Source: a candidate division FCPU426 bacterium
GTDB taxonomy: Bacteria > Oederibacteriota > Muellerivitia > Muellerivitales > Muellerivitaceae
Assembly: GCA_963771075.1 (NCBI GenBank)
Contig: CAVYSE010000015.1
Coordinates: 1 to 53,239 of the forward strand
DNA length: 53,239 nucleotides
Direction of reading: 5' to 3'
Translations under genes and position numbers: made by a program
Shown here: positions 18,607-28,444 of the stretch, piece after piece
Numbering within the stretch: position 1 is the first letter of the stretch
Layout: every line of letters begins with the position of its first letter
The notes under the pieces: generated by a model
Databases searched by the model: none
What the model saw: the letters and a program-made list of their open reading frames with translations, nothing else
Told to the model about the DNA's origin: nothing

Positions 18607-19977
18607 GTGAAAAAAGCGTTCCTGTCGCTCATTCTGTTAGGCCATGTCGCCTTGGGGAAAGCCTCGGGGGCGGACCCTTCCACCTGGTCGGCCCCGGGCC
18701 AGGGCACCTTCCTCATCATGGCCGATCTCCACTTCGACCCCTACGCCGATCCCTCCCTGGTCAACCAGTTGGCGGCCGAACCCGTGGACCAATGGCAGGC
18801 CACCTTCGAGACCTCCAAACTCACCGATTACAGCGCCTACGGCAAGGACACCAACTATCCGCTTCTCAAGTCCGCCCTGGCGGAAGCCGTATCCGTATCG
18901 GGGAACAGCGACTTCATTCTCGTCAACGGCGACTACCTTTCCCACGAGTTCCACAAGTCTTTTTCCAACTCGGTCAAGGGCGACGAAAAGGCCTACCAGG
19001 ATTTCGTGCTGAAGACCATGATCTTCGTGAGCCGAGAGATCCAGCAGGCCTTCCCGGGCAAGCCCGCCTACTTCTGCCTCGGCAACAACGACTCCGATTG
19101 CGACGATTACGGCGGCCTCACCGCCAATTCGCCCTTCCTGACCACCCTGGTCAAGGAATGGGGCACCCTCGCCTCCGATTCCCAGGCGGTGAGCACTTTC
19201 TTAAGCGGGGGTTATTACACCCTGCCGCACCCGACCCTCAAGGGGCGGGAAATGGTGGTCTTAAACGACGTGTCCTGGTCGAAGAAGTACAAGCCCCAGT
19301 GCGACGCCCCCGGAACCCTTCCGAAGGATGAGATGAAATGGCTGAAGGGGGTCATGGCAGACGCGAAGAAGAACAACGAAAAGGTTTGGATACTCACCCA
19401 CATGCCCCCCGGCATCCACGCCCGCAATGCCTCCGAGCACCCCAAGCGCGATACCGCCCAGCACCTTTTTTATGATACTTCCTTCCTATGGCCCTTCCTG
19501 AACATCCTGGCGCCCTGCCGGGACCTGGTCGACGCCGAATTTTCGGGCCACACCCACATGGACGATTTTCGCCTGGTCGAGGACCGGAAGGGCAAACCGG
19601 TCTTTTTCACCCATGTCGCCCCGGCGGTTAGCCCGGTTCGTTTCAACAACCCCGGATTCCAGGTCATGCTTTACGACCGAACCTCGGGGGCCTTTAAGGA
19701 CATGGCCACCTATTACCTCCCCTTGGACCGGAAAAACGCGCAGTGGGCCCTGGAGTATGATTTCGACCAGGCCTACGGGGCGAACGGTTATGACTTCGCC
19801 AACCTCAAGAAGCTCTCGGATGGCATCGAAAACGATCCGGTGGTACGTGAAAAGTTCATCAAGTACATCTGTGTTTCCTCCACCGACGATCCTCCCGCCA
19901 ATATGGGTAATTGGGAATTTTTCAGCTGTTCCCATGAGCACCTGGACCCGACTTCCTATATGGATTGTTATAAGTAA
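18607..19977 (+). CDS. Secreted calcineurin-like metallophosphoesterase (acid sphingomyelinase/SMPDL3-like)
   Basis: DLHFD, GDYLSH, GNND, HMPPG, GHTH; signal peptide. Confidence 0.9.
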   Translation: MKKAFLSLILLGHVALGKASGADPSTWSAPGQGTFLIMADLHFDPYADPSLVNQLAAEPVDQWQATFETSKLTDYSAYGKDTNYPLLKSALAEAVSVSGNSDFILVNGDYLSHEFHKSFSNSVKGDEKAYQDFVLKTMIFVSREIQQAFPGKPAYFCLGNNDSDCDDYGGLTANSPFLTTLVKEWGTLASDSQAVSTFLSGGYYTLPHPTLKGREMVVLNDVSWSKKYKPQCDAPGTLPKDEMKWLKGVMADAKKNNEKVWILTHMPPGIHARNASEHPKRDTAQHLFYDTSFLWPFLNILAPCRDLVDAEFSGHTHMDDFRLVEDRKGKPVFFTHVAPAVSPVRFNNPGFQVMLYDRTSGAFKDMATYYLPLDRKNAQWALEYDFDQAYGANGYDFANLKKLSDGIENDPVVREKFIKYICVSSTDDPPANMGNWEFFSCSHEHLDPTSYMDCYK

Positions 19978-20075
19978 ATTAGCTTGCCGGATGTTTACCG
20001 GCGGACCGGTGCCCCATTGATTTTGGGATGCCATTTCGCTTCGACCCTGTTTTTTCCTTATTCCTTCCCTGGTTT

Positions 20076-20103
20076 CGACACTTTCCACCTTCATTACGTC
20101 CAA
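20076..20103 (+). promoter_or_regulatory. Putative ECF-sigma promoter (autoregulatory)
   Basis: CGACACTTT-N12-CGTCCAA; same architecture at 21597-21624. Confidence 0.6.
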
Positions 20104-20154
20104 TTACTGAATTCCAATGCCGACTTATAGGGAGAAAGGCTTAGGAAGCTATAC

Positions 20155-20781
20155 TTGAGGGTGTTGTTTGAGGGGACAAGGGGGTTGGTGTCCCCATTTG
20201 TCATTTTCCGGAGGCCGGCCATCGAAGAAAGGGAATTGATCCTGAAAATCCTGGCCGGGGACCGGGACCTTTACGCCCAGCTGGTGGAAAGGCACCAACG
20301 AAACCTGTACCAGCTCTGCCTGACCATCCTCGGCGACCCCCACGAGGGGGAGGATGCGGCCCAGGTGGCTTTCATCAAGGCCTATCGGGCACTCGGGGCC
20401 TTTAAGGGCCAGTCGAGTTTCCGAACCTGGCTCACCCGGATCGGTTTGAACCATTGCCGGGATGTCTTGAGGTTGAAAAAACGTAGGCGGTTCCTTTCCC
20501 TGGAAAGAATGTTGGAAGAGGGCCAGGCGATCCCGGAAGCCTTGGAAGGAAAGACAGCCGAGCCGATCGCACCACTGCCCCTTTTAACCGCCGAGATGCT
20601 GGGAACCTTAAGCGAGGGGGAGCGGAAAATCATTGAGTTGCTGCGCGACCGGGAGGGCCGGATCAGTTATGAGGAGATGGGCCGGGAATTGGGGCTCACC
20701 CTGGACGGCGTCAAGGGGCGCCTGAAAAGGGCGAGGATCAAGCTGCATCAATGGGTGGAACAGGAAGGGAAGCGAACGTAA
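20155..20781 (+). CDS. ECF RNA polymerase sigma factor (start uncertain)
   Basis: EDAAQVAFIKAY, FKGQSSFRTWLTRIGLNHCRD (region 2); SYEEMGRELGLTLDGVKGRLKRAR (region 4). Confidence 0.93.
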   Translation: MRVLFEGTRGLVSPFVIFRRPAIEERELILKILAGDRDLYAQLVERHQRNLYQLCLTILGDPHEGEDAAQVAFIKAYRALGAFKGQSSFRTWLTRIGLNHCRDVLRLKKRRRFLSLERMLEEGQAIPEALEGKTAEPIAPLPLLTAEMLGTLSEGERKIIELLRDREGRISYEEMGRELGLTLDGVKGRLKRARIKLHQWVEQEGKRT

Positions 20782-20800
20782 TGGGGCCGGAAACCCGGCC

Positions 20801-21193
20801 ATGAAGGAGAAGGTTATGCGACATGAGGAATTTCTTGCCAATATAACGGATTACCGGGAAGCAACCCTGGCTCCGTCCGCTCGGGCCGATTGGGAAGCCC
20901 ATCGGGCATCCTGTGGTTCCTGCCGAGAAATCGCCGAACGGTGGAGGGACGAGGAAGTTCCGGCAGGTTTTTCGGCCCGGGTGATGACGAGAATACCCGC
21001 CCCGGGAGAAAAAGAAACTTCTAGCTGGATGATCCGAACCGGATGGGCGGTCGCGGCGGCCTTGCTGGTGGCCGCTTTCTGGCATCCCGAGAAATCATGG
21101 GTCAGGGACGACCGGGCCTTCGCGTCCTTCGGAATAAATCAAAATCCATTGATGATCACCCGTTTTCTTGCGGGAGGGAACCACCATGAGTAA
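20801..21193 (+). CDS. Zinc-binding anti-sigma factor (zf-HC2) with TM helix
   Basis: HRASCGSC (HxxxCxxC), one hydrophobic helix, follows the sigma gene. Confidence 0.85.
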   Translation: MKEKVMRHEEFLANITDYREATLAPSARADWEAHRASCGSCREIAERWRDEEVPAGFSARVMTRIPAPGEKETSSWMIRTGWAVAAALLVAAFWHPEKSWVRDDRAFASFGINQNPLMITRFLAGGNHHE

Positions 21194-21593
21194 GCCGATA
21201 ACCTATGCCTGGACCGGGTTGCTGCTAGGGGCCATGTTGGGGGCCTGGGGCATGCGTCTTTATTTTGACCAAACCCTGGGTCATTGGAATACCTCGCAAA
21301 GGTACCTCCTGCAATTAAGCGAGGATTTGAAACTGAACCCGGAACAGCAATCCAAGGTCGCGGTAATACTGAGGGACCAAAAAAGCCGCATGGAAGCCCT
21401 CCGCAGGCAGTGGCGGTTCCAGGTCTTCACCTTGGACCGCCAGGGCGAGGATGCCATCGGAGGGGTTCTCAACGACAGCCAAACCGACGCCTATATGACC
21501 ATCCACGACCGGATCCACGGGCAAATGGACCGTTTTCTTTGGAGCCTGGATTCGAACCCGACCGCCATCGCCTTGGCGCCGGAGGGACGTTAA
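21186..21593 (+). CDS. Periplasmic helical protein (Spy/CpxP-like accessory of the ECF system)
   Basis: N-terminal TM; LKLNPEQQ and LNDSQ motifs (LTxEQ-like); overlaps the anti-sigma stop. Confidence 0.65.
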   Translation: MSKPITYAWTGLLLGAMLGAWGMRLYFDQTLGHWNTSQRYLLQLSEDLKLNPEQQSKVAVILRDQKSRMEALRRQWRFQVFTLDRQGEDAIGGVLNDSQTDAYMTIHDRIHGQMDRFLWSLDSNPTAIALAPEGR

Positions 21594-21596
21594 GCC

Positions 21597-21624
21597 CGAC
21601 ACTTTTTTAATCCATGCCGTCTAA
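21597..21624 (+). promoter_or_regulatory. Putative ECF-sigma promoter of the CBM gene
   Basis: CGACACTTT-N12-CGTCTAA; overlaps a 13-bp tandem repeat TAATCCATGCCGT (21608 and 21622). Confidence 0.6.
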
Positions 21625-21665
21625 TCCATGCCGTTGAAATAAAAAGTCGATAGAAGGAGCCGATC

Positions 21666-22745
21666 ATGAGAAAACTTTTGTTTGCAACTTTAATGTTTTG
21701 GGGAATGGGAGCGGTCTTATCCGCGGCCGTCCTTCAGGATTGGTCCACGCTGGACCCTTCCAAGGACGCGGGAACCTTCACGGATTCCAAGGGCTCCAAG
21801 GTCAGTTTTTCACTGGTGCCTGGACCCAGTGGGGGACAGAAAGCCATTCAGATCAACACCAACCTGTCCGAATGGGGCGGGGTATGGGCCATCCTGGGAA
21901 AAGATCTCTCCAAGGTGAAGGCCCTCAAGTTCAAGGCCAAGAGCTCCGCTCCCACCTACTTGATGGTGGGCCTGAATGACGATCAAAAGGTCCAGTTCAT
22001 CGCTTATGTCAAAATCACTTCGGCCGATTGGTCCGAATTTGTTGTTCCGCTTTCCGTTTTCCAAAAGACCCCCTGGCCGCAGGCGGACGCCCCGAAAGAC
22101 GCGTCCCTTCACCTCGCCAAGATCGACGGTGTGACGTTACAACCCCAAAACCGGGGGGCCCTCGAGGTATCGGTGGGTCCGTTGTCGGGTGAATCAGGAA
22201 AGGTCAAGGCGGTCACCGGCCTACCGAGCCCGGACGACAAGAAGGTCCTGGTCCAGGATTTCTCGATGCTGGATAAGGACGCCTATGGCTCCTTCGCGGA
22301 CGTTAACGGCTCCAAGATCAATCTTTCCATTGAAAAGGACGGAGGGGCACCCTCGGGCAGGGCGGCTCAAATCAAATACAGCATGATGCCTAACGGATGG
22401 TGCGGTTTGTGGATGAGGGCTGGGGACCGTTGGGGCGGCCAGGATTGGACCGGAGCCAAGCGGCTGACCTGCAAGGTTTATAGCACGGAGCCCCTGTACA
22501 TCGAGTTCGGGTTCAATGACGCCAACCAGAACGCCTATGTCGCCCATTTCCCCCAAACCCACGGCAAGGGATGGGAAACCCTTTCGATCCCCTTCGAAAA
22601 ATTCGACCTGAATGAGTTTTACCAACCCCCCGAGGCCAAGAAAGACCTGCCCCAGGACCTGTCCCATATCGAGACTTTCAATATCGCCCCCCACGCGAAT
22701 GGGGACCATGTGTTTCAATTGGGGGAATTGGCCATCGAAAGGTAA
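21666..22745 (+). CDS. Secreted protein with two CBM11/CIA30-like carbohydrate-binding domains
   Basis: Signal peptide; two similar halves (W.EFVVPLSVF / WETLSIPFEKF; LHLAKI / QDLSHI). Confidence 0.72.
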   Translation: MRKLLFATLMFWGMGAVLSAAVLQDWSTLDPSKDAGTFTDSKGSKVSFSLVPGPSGGQKAIQINTNLSEWGGVWAILGKDLSKVKALKFKAKSSAPTYLMVGLNDDQKVQFIAYVKITSADWSEFVVPLSVFQKTPWPQADAPKDASLHLAKIDGVTLQPQNRGALEVSVGPLSGESGKVKAVTGLPSPDDKKVLVQDFSMLDKDAYGSFADVNGSKINLSIEKDGGAPSGRAAQIKYSMMPNGWCGLWMRAGDRWGGQDWTGAKRLTCKVYSTEPLYIEFGFNDANQNAYVAHFPQTHGKGWETLSIPFEKFDLNEFYQPPEAKKDLPQDLSHIETFNIAPHANGDHVFQLGELAIER

Positions 22746-22904
22746 GACCATCGGTAAGGCCGTTATTTCCACCCGGTTTTTTTGGCAAATCGAATAGGGT
22801 CGGTCACGGGCCCCCCGGAAAGGCTTTTGAGCCGGGGGGCGCCTTATGCTAAGCTGTCGGGGTTTTCCACTTTCTTTCTTCACCCTATTGATGGAGGCCC
22901 TGAG

Positions 22905-23771
22905 ATGCTGAAAACCCCTACGATCGGTATCCTCACCCTACTGGCAGGCCTGGGAGCCGCCTGGGGGGCGGTGACGGATGTCCAGCGGGAAGCCGTGGCC
23001 CGCGTGTGGGTCGCCCAGCATAACGATAAATTGGACCCCGATACCCAGGGCTACGCCAAAAAGATCAACCCCAACAAACCTTATTTTGCCCTGTCCTCCC
23101 TCCACCGGAAGGTGGTGAAGATGAAGCCCCTCCTGTTATCCCGGGCCGAGGCTTTGGGCGTTCCTTCGGAAGCTAAGCATGATAACGGCGATCCCACCCC
23201 CATCACCGGCCTATACGAGCTGAAAGTTTTGGGGCAGACCCTTCTGGTGGCGGATTACACCGACGAGTACGACGCCCTTCTTTCTACGACCGATATCTAC
23301 ATGAAAATCGGCCTGGAATTCAAACCGCTCTTCCACGGCGAGGGGTTTCCCAACTCCGCCCGAGTGATCACCCTGGGCCAGGACGCCCCCTTCTTTATCG
23401 AGGTCGGCACTTATGACGGCGGCAGCCAGGTCGTTAAAACCCTCTATACCTTCGATACGGACGCCCTCCAGAAGCTGTCCCAGGACATTTACGACGACAT
23501 CCGGGCTGTCAAAACCTCCAATTACGTCAAGCAGCAGTTGCAGCTGACCTCGACCCTCGAGGGATACCTGCTTTACAAGGACGTGGATAAGAGCGGCCTC
23601 CTGTCGCTTGTCAATGTCACGCGTGTGGACCTGCCGGAAGACTTGAAAGCCAAGCTAAAGGAAACCTACGGGCAGGACGAGAACGGCCAGGCCGGTTTCA
23701 CCCGCAAGACCCTGACCGTCTATAAATGGGACGGGTCCAAGTTCCAAAGCCAGGGCGACTTTTATTATTGA
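22905..23771 (+). CDS. Secreted hypothetical protein
   Basis: GGAGG RBS, ATG 22905, signal peptide, coding-like composition. Confidence 0.7.
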   Translation: MLKTPTIGILTLLAGLGAAWGAVTDVQREAVARVWVAQHNDKLDPDTQGYAKKINPNKPYFALSSLHRKVVKMKPLLLSRAEALGVPSEAKHDNGDPTPITGLYELKVLGQTLLVADYTDEYDALLSTTDIYMKIGLEFKPLFHGEGFPNSARVITLGQDAPFFIEVGTYDGGSQVVKTLYTFDTDALQKLSQDIYDDIRAVKTSNYVKQQLQLTSTLEGYLLYKDVDKSGLLSLVNVTRVDLPEDLKAKLKETYGQDENGQAGFTRKTLTVYKWDGSKFQSQGDFYY

Positions 23772-23818
23772 GGGTCGCTCGGCGCTTTGAATGGGCCCGG
23801 GTGCCCGGTTTAGTTTCC

Positions 23819-25186
23819 ATGAATCCAACTGACCGTAAAAAACCTTTCCCCCGAAAAGCGGAAAGGTTTTTTGTTTTTAGCGGGTTGCTCCTCGTATTAT
23901 TCGCCTGCGCCCCGCCCCTATCCGCCTATCGAATTCTCTTTTATTACAACCGTTTGGACGGAACCCACGGGGGTTTTCTCCACTGTGTCAACGCCTTGCG
24001 GGACGCGGGCCATGACGTCCGGGCGGTGGATGTGGGGGGGGAACCCCGCGACCCTTGGATGGACGATTGGGGGGCCTATGACCAGGTCTGGGACATGCGG
24101 TATGTGGATGAGAACAAGGAACGGTGCGGCAGCGGGGATCCGAAGTCCGCGGATTACTTTTGGGGGGCCTGGCGTGAAAAGTCCGCGGATTACCTGGCCC
24201 ATTGCGGGAAATTATTCGTGGGCGGGGAAAACTACATGTTAACCGACCGCGACGAGGGGATTTACGCCTTCCTGAAACAAACGGGCGCGGTGCTTCCGGG
24301 CTTTTCCTCCTGCCCTCCTTCCCGGCAAGGGAACAGCAACACCCTTGGCCCGGAAACCTACAAGGTGATGAACGGATTGGGCCCCTCCCTTTTTTGGGGG
24401 GACGAAGTGGGGGGAATTCCGCTCGATACCTTGACCGGGACCAGCTTTGTCCAAACGAAGGAGGATTGGCAGGATAACGACCGGGTGGACCGTTCCATCG
24501 CCAGCGGTTGGGACGCGGATCAATTGAAGGGATTGGCCGGGCCCCATTGCGGCAAGGGAAAGCTGTTCCTGGTTTGGGACGCCACCATGTGGTCCCTTTG
24601 GAGCCCGGATTTTTCAAGCCCCCAGGACCGCCAGGACACGTACGAACCCAAACGGATCACCCTCGCTTTTTTCCGGGCCGCGGCCCAATGGCTGGGGGGA
24701 TGGGATTGTAACTGCGGCTCGCGGATGCCCTTGCCCAAGGAAGGCCGGATGACGGGAACCGTCCGCCCGACGGGAACCGTCCGCTCGACGGTCAAGGCAG
24801 GTTTCCTCGATGTTTCCGCCGCGAAAACCCCGGTATTGAAATCCCCTTTCCAATCCACCCTCAACCCGGGGCCGACCGGAGGGGGGAATCCAAAAGAAAA
24901 CCCAAGCGGCCCCGCGACCCTGGTATTTTCCGCGCCGCCGGTGAATATTTATGTCCGGTTCGCGGATGGAATGGGACGTTATCAATTAACGGTGCAGGAC
25001 GCCCAGGGACGTTTATTAAAAACGTTATTGGATGCTCCCGTCACGAGCGGGGGAGAGTCGTGGGCCTCTTGGGACGGAACGAACCTTTGGGGAAAAGGGG
25101 CGGGTCCCGGACTTTATCCCGCTGTTTTATCGAAAAACGGAACCCGACTTCGAACGCTTCTTCTTCGTTGGCTGCCCGCCCCGTGA
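23819..25186 (+). CDS. Secreted hypothetical protein with C-terminal FlgD Ig-like domain
   Basis: Hydrophobic signal; C-terminal LTVQDAQGRLLKTL...SWDGTN..G....PGLY motif. Confidence 0.7.
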   Translation: MNPTDRKKPFPRKAERFFVFSGLLLVLFACAPPLSAYRILFYYNRLDGTHGGFLHCVNALRDAGHDVRAVDVGGEPRDPWMDDWGAYDQVWDMRYVDENKERCGSGDPKSADYFWGAWREKSADYLAHCGKLFVGGENYMLTDRDEGIYAFLKQTGAVLPGFSSCPPSRQGNSNTLGPETYKVMNGLGPSLFWGDEVGGIPLDTLTGTSFVQTKEDWQDNDRVDRSIASGWDADQLKGLAGPHCGKGKLFLVWDATMWSLWSPDFSSPQDRQDTYEPKRITLAFFRAAAQWLGGWDCNCGSRMPLPKEGRMTGTVRPTGTVRSTVKAGFLDVSAAKTPVLKSPFQSTLNPGPTGGGNPKENPSGPATLVFSAPPVNIYVRFADGMGRYQLTVQDAQGRLLKTLLDAPVTSGGESWASWDGTNLWGKGAGPGLYPAVLSKNGTRLRTLLLRWLPAP

Positions 25187-25269
25187 CGGTTTGTTAATCA
25201 ATTTGCTCTGGCTCCCTTGTTACAAAATCGTTAAAATTCACGATCCAAATTCCCTTTCGAGGAGCTTGA

Positions 25270-27717
25270 GTGAAAAATCCCTACGGCCATTTTGATGATC
25301 CGAACCGTGAGTATGTGATCACCCGGCCTGACACGCCCCTGCCCTGGCTGAACTACCTGGGCCAGGATGAATTTTTCGGCCTCTGCACCAACACCGCCGG
25401 GGGCTATACCTTCTGGAAAGACGCCAAACTGCGCCGTTTGACCCGCTACCGCTACAACAACGTTCCCATGGACCTGGGAGGGCGCTATCTCTACGTCAAC
25501 GACGGGGGCGATGTTTGGAACCCGGGCTGGAAACCCGTCAAGGCCGCCCTGGACCGCTACGAATGCCGCCACGGCCTCGGCTACACCCGGATCATCGGCG
25601 CCAAGAATGGGGTCGAGGTGGAGATGCTCTTCTTCGTGCCGCCCGGCGAAAACCTGGAAATATGGAAAACCACCGTGACCAACACGGGAAAGACCGAGAA
25701 GGACCTCAAGCTGTTCTCCTACGTGGAGTTCTGCCTTTTCGAGGCCCTCAACGACATGACCAATTACCAAAGGACCTACTCCATCGGCGAGGTGGAGGTG
25801 GAAGGGACGGCGATCTACCATAAAACCGAATACCGGGAACGGCGTTCCCACTACGGCCTATTCGCCTGTACCCGGGAAACGGCGGGGTTCGACACCTCCC
25901 GGGATGTTTTCGTGGGGGTCCATAACGGCCTGCATGAGGCTTCGGTGCCCTTTGCCGGGCAATCGAGAAAAAGCGCGGCCCACGGCTGGAACCCCATCGG
26001 TTCCCACCAGGTCAACCTGCGCTTGAAGCCCGGACAGTCGGAAAGTTTTTCCTTCCTGCTGGGGTACCTGGACCAGGGGAACGGACCCAAGTTCGACAAG
26101 CCCTTCGTGATGAATAAAGACAAGGGCCGGGAACTCCTGGCGAATTACCAACGACCAGGCGCGGTCGATGAGGCCTTTGCTTCCCTCCAAGCGCTCTGGA
26201 CGGGACTTCTCGCGAAGTTCCAAACCTATTGCCCCAATCCGCACGCTCGGCGCATGCTCAATACCTGGAACCAGTACCAGTGCATGGCCACCTTCAACCT
26301 TTCCCGGTCCGCCAGCCTTTACGAGACGGGAATCGGCCGGGGCATGGGTTTCCGGGATTCCAACCAGGACCTGCTGGGCTTCGTGCACCTGATCCCGGAG
26401 CGCGCCCGCCAGCGTATCCTGGACCTGGCGGCCACCCAGCTTTCGGACGGTACCTGCTACCACCAATACCAACCCCTGACGAAAAAGGGGAACGCCGAGA
26501 TCGGGGGCGATTTTTACGACGACCATCTTTGGCTGGTGCTTTCGACCTGCGCCTATATCAAGGAAACGGGGGACCTCTCCATCCTGGAGGAACCCGTGGG
26601 ATACGCCGATAAGCCGGGAAGCAGGCAAAATCTACTCCACCACCTGGAAACCAGCCTAGCCTATACCCTGAAAAACAGGGGAGACCACGGCCTTCCCTTG
26701 ATCGGACACGCCGATTGGAACGACTGCTTGAACCTCAATTGTTTCTCCACGGAGCCCAACGAGAGCTTCCAAACGGCGGGGGACGTGAGGGGTTCCAAGG
26801 CGGAATCGGTCATGATCGCGGGGCTTTTCCTTTACGCCGCCCGCGAGATGGAAGGCCTCTACCGTTTCATGAAACGTCCGGCGGATGAAAAACGCGTTTC
26901 CCAATCCTATGCTGAAATGCTCAAGGCGGTGGAGGAGCAAGCCTGGGACGGGAACTGGTACACCCGGGCTTTCGACGCCAAGGGCAACCCGGTGGGATCC
27001 AAAGTTTGCGAGGAAGGGAAGATCTTCATCGAAAGCCAGGGTTGGTGCGTGCTGGGTGGGGCGGGCCGTGAGAACGGCCGGGCCCGTTTAGCCCTGGAAA
27101 GCGTCCATCGCCTTCTCTACACCCCAAACGGCATCATCCTGCAGCAACCGGCCTACAGCCGTTATCACCTGGAACTGGGCGAGGTATCCAGCTACCCTCC
27201 CGGTTATAAGGAGAACGCCGGGATCTTCTGCCACAACAACACCTGGATCCACCTGGCCTGGTGCCTGATGGGCGAGGGCGATCGGGCGATGGAATATTAC
27301 CTTTCCATCTGCCCCTCGGCGAAGGAAGAACAGATCGAGACTTACCGGAGCGAGCCCTACGTCTACGCCCAGATGATCGCGGGCCGGGACGCGGAGACGA
27401 CGGGTGAGGCCAAGAACTCCTGGTTGACCGGAACGGCCGCCTGGACCTTCGTGAGCGTCGCGCAGGGCATTTTGGGGGTGAAACCCGATTATGAAGGCCT
27501 TCGAATGGACCCCTGCGTACCAACCAAATGGGATTACTTCCAAGTCACCCGGGAATACCGGGGCGTGGCCTATGACATCATGGTCAAGAACCCCAAAGGG
27601 CTGAGTCAAGGCGTGAAAAGCATGAAGGTGGACGGAAAAAAAGTGGAAGGCAACTTGATTCCACTCCCGGCGAAGGGTACAAAGTCGGTGAAGGTCGAGG
27701 TTGTGTTGGGAGAATAG
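25270..27717 (+). CDS. GH94 glycoside phosphorylase, most like cellobiose phosphorylase
   Basis: EYVITRP.TP.PW.NYLG, RRLTRYRYNNVP, GRGMGFRDSNQD, ADWND (catalytic Asp), GYKENAGIFCH, KNSWLTGTA. Confidence 0.93.
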   Translation: MKNPYGHFDDPNREYVITRPDTPLPWLNYLGQDEFFGLCTNTAGGYTFWKDAKLRRLTRYRYNNVPMDLGGRYLYVNDGGDVWNPGWKPVKAALDRYECRHGLGYTRIIGAKNGVEVEMLFFVPPGENLEIWKTTVTNTGKTEKDLKLFSYVEFCLFEALNDMTNYQRTYSIGEVEVEGTAIYHKTEYRERRSHYGLFACTRETAGFDTSRDVFVGVHNGLHEASVPFAGQSRKSAAHGWNPIGSHQVNLRLKPGQSESFSFLLGYLDQGNGPKFDKPFVMNKDKGRELLANYQRPGAVDEAFASLQALWTGLLAKFQTYCPNPHARRMLNTWNQYQCMATFNLSRSASLYETGIGRGMGFRDSNQDLLGFVHLIPERARQRILDLAATQLSDGTCYHQYQPLTKKGNAEIGGDFYDDHLWLVLSTCAYIKETGDLSILEEPVGYADKPGSRQNLLHHLETSLAYTLKNRGDHGLPLIGHADWNDCLNLNCFSTEPNESFQTAGDVRGSKAESVMIAGLFLYAAREMEGLYRFMKRPADEKRVSQSYAEMLKAVEEQAWDGNWYTRAFDAKGNPVGSKVCEEGKIFIESQGWCVLGGAGRENGRARLALESVHRLLYTPNGIILQQPAYSRYHLELGEVSSYPPGYKENAGIFCHNNTWIHLAWCLMGEGDRAMEYYLSICPSAKEEQIETYRSEPYVYAQMIAGRDAETTGEAKNSWLTGTAAWTFVSVAQGILGVKPDYEGLRMDPCVPTKWDYFQVTREYRGVAYDIMVKNPKGLSQGVKSMKVDGKKVEGNLIPLPAKGTKSVKVEVVLGE

Positions 27718-27770
27718 TTCGAAAGGAACACCGCCCGGCCCTTCCAGGCGGATCCTTCCCGGGGAATTCA

Positions 27771-28430
27771 TTGAGAAAACTGATCAAGGGCATTGTCGAG
27801 TTCCACCAAAAACGCCGCGACTCGGTCAAAACCACGTTCGCCAAGCTGGCCTTGGGGCAGAAACCGGACGCCCTTTTCATCGCCTGCTCGGATTCCCGCG
27901 TCGCGGTGAATGTCTTCGCCTCCACCGATCCCGGCGACCTTTTTGTCGTGCGCAACGCCGGAAACCTGGTCACGCCCTTGATCACGTCCTCCTCCGACGA
28001 ATCGGAAGTGGCCGCGATCGAATTCGCCTTGAACAGCCTGGGCGTGAAACACATCATCGTATGCGGGCATTCGGACTGCGGGGCCATGAAGGCCATCTGT
28101 CGCGGCAGGGACAACCTGGACCTGCCTTACTTAAAATCCTGGCTTCGGCACGGCGAAGCCGCGTTGGAAAGGGTAAGGGATAGCGGACAAAATTTGAACG
28201 ACGCGGAGGAAATCAATGAGGTTTCCCGCCAGAACGTCCTGCTTCAAATCGAGCATTTGAGAAGCTATCCGGAAGTGGTCCGGTTGGAAAAAGAGGGGGA
28301 CCTGGCCCTGCATGGCCTTTGGTTTGATATCCAGAATACCGATGTCTATTACGCCGACCCCCGGGATGGCCGGTTTATCCTGATCGACGAGGTCAATGGC
28401 CCGGCCATCCTGTCCAACCTGAAGAACTAA
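27771..28430 (+). CDS. Beta-class carbonic anhydrase
   Basis: CSDSRV, RNAGN and HSDCGAM zinc motifs. Confidence 0.95.
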   Translation: MRKLIKGIVEFHQKRRDSVKTTFAKLALGQKPDALFIACSDSRVAVNVFASTDPGDLFVVRNAGNLVTPLITSSSDESEVAAIEFALNSLGVKHIIVCGHSDCGAMKAICRGRDNLDLPYLKSWLRHGEAALERVRDSGQNLNDAEEINEVSRQNVLLQIEHLRSYPEVVRLEKEGDLALHGLWFDIQNTDVYYADPRDGRFILIDEVNGPAILSNLKN

Positions 28431-28444
28431 GGCTGAAATTCCCC

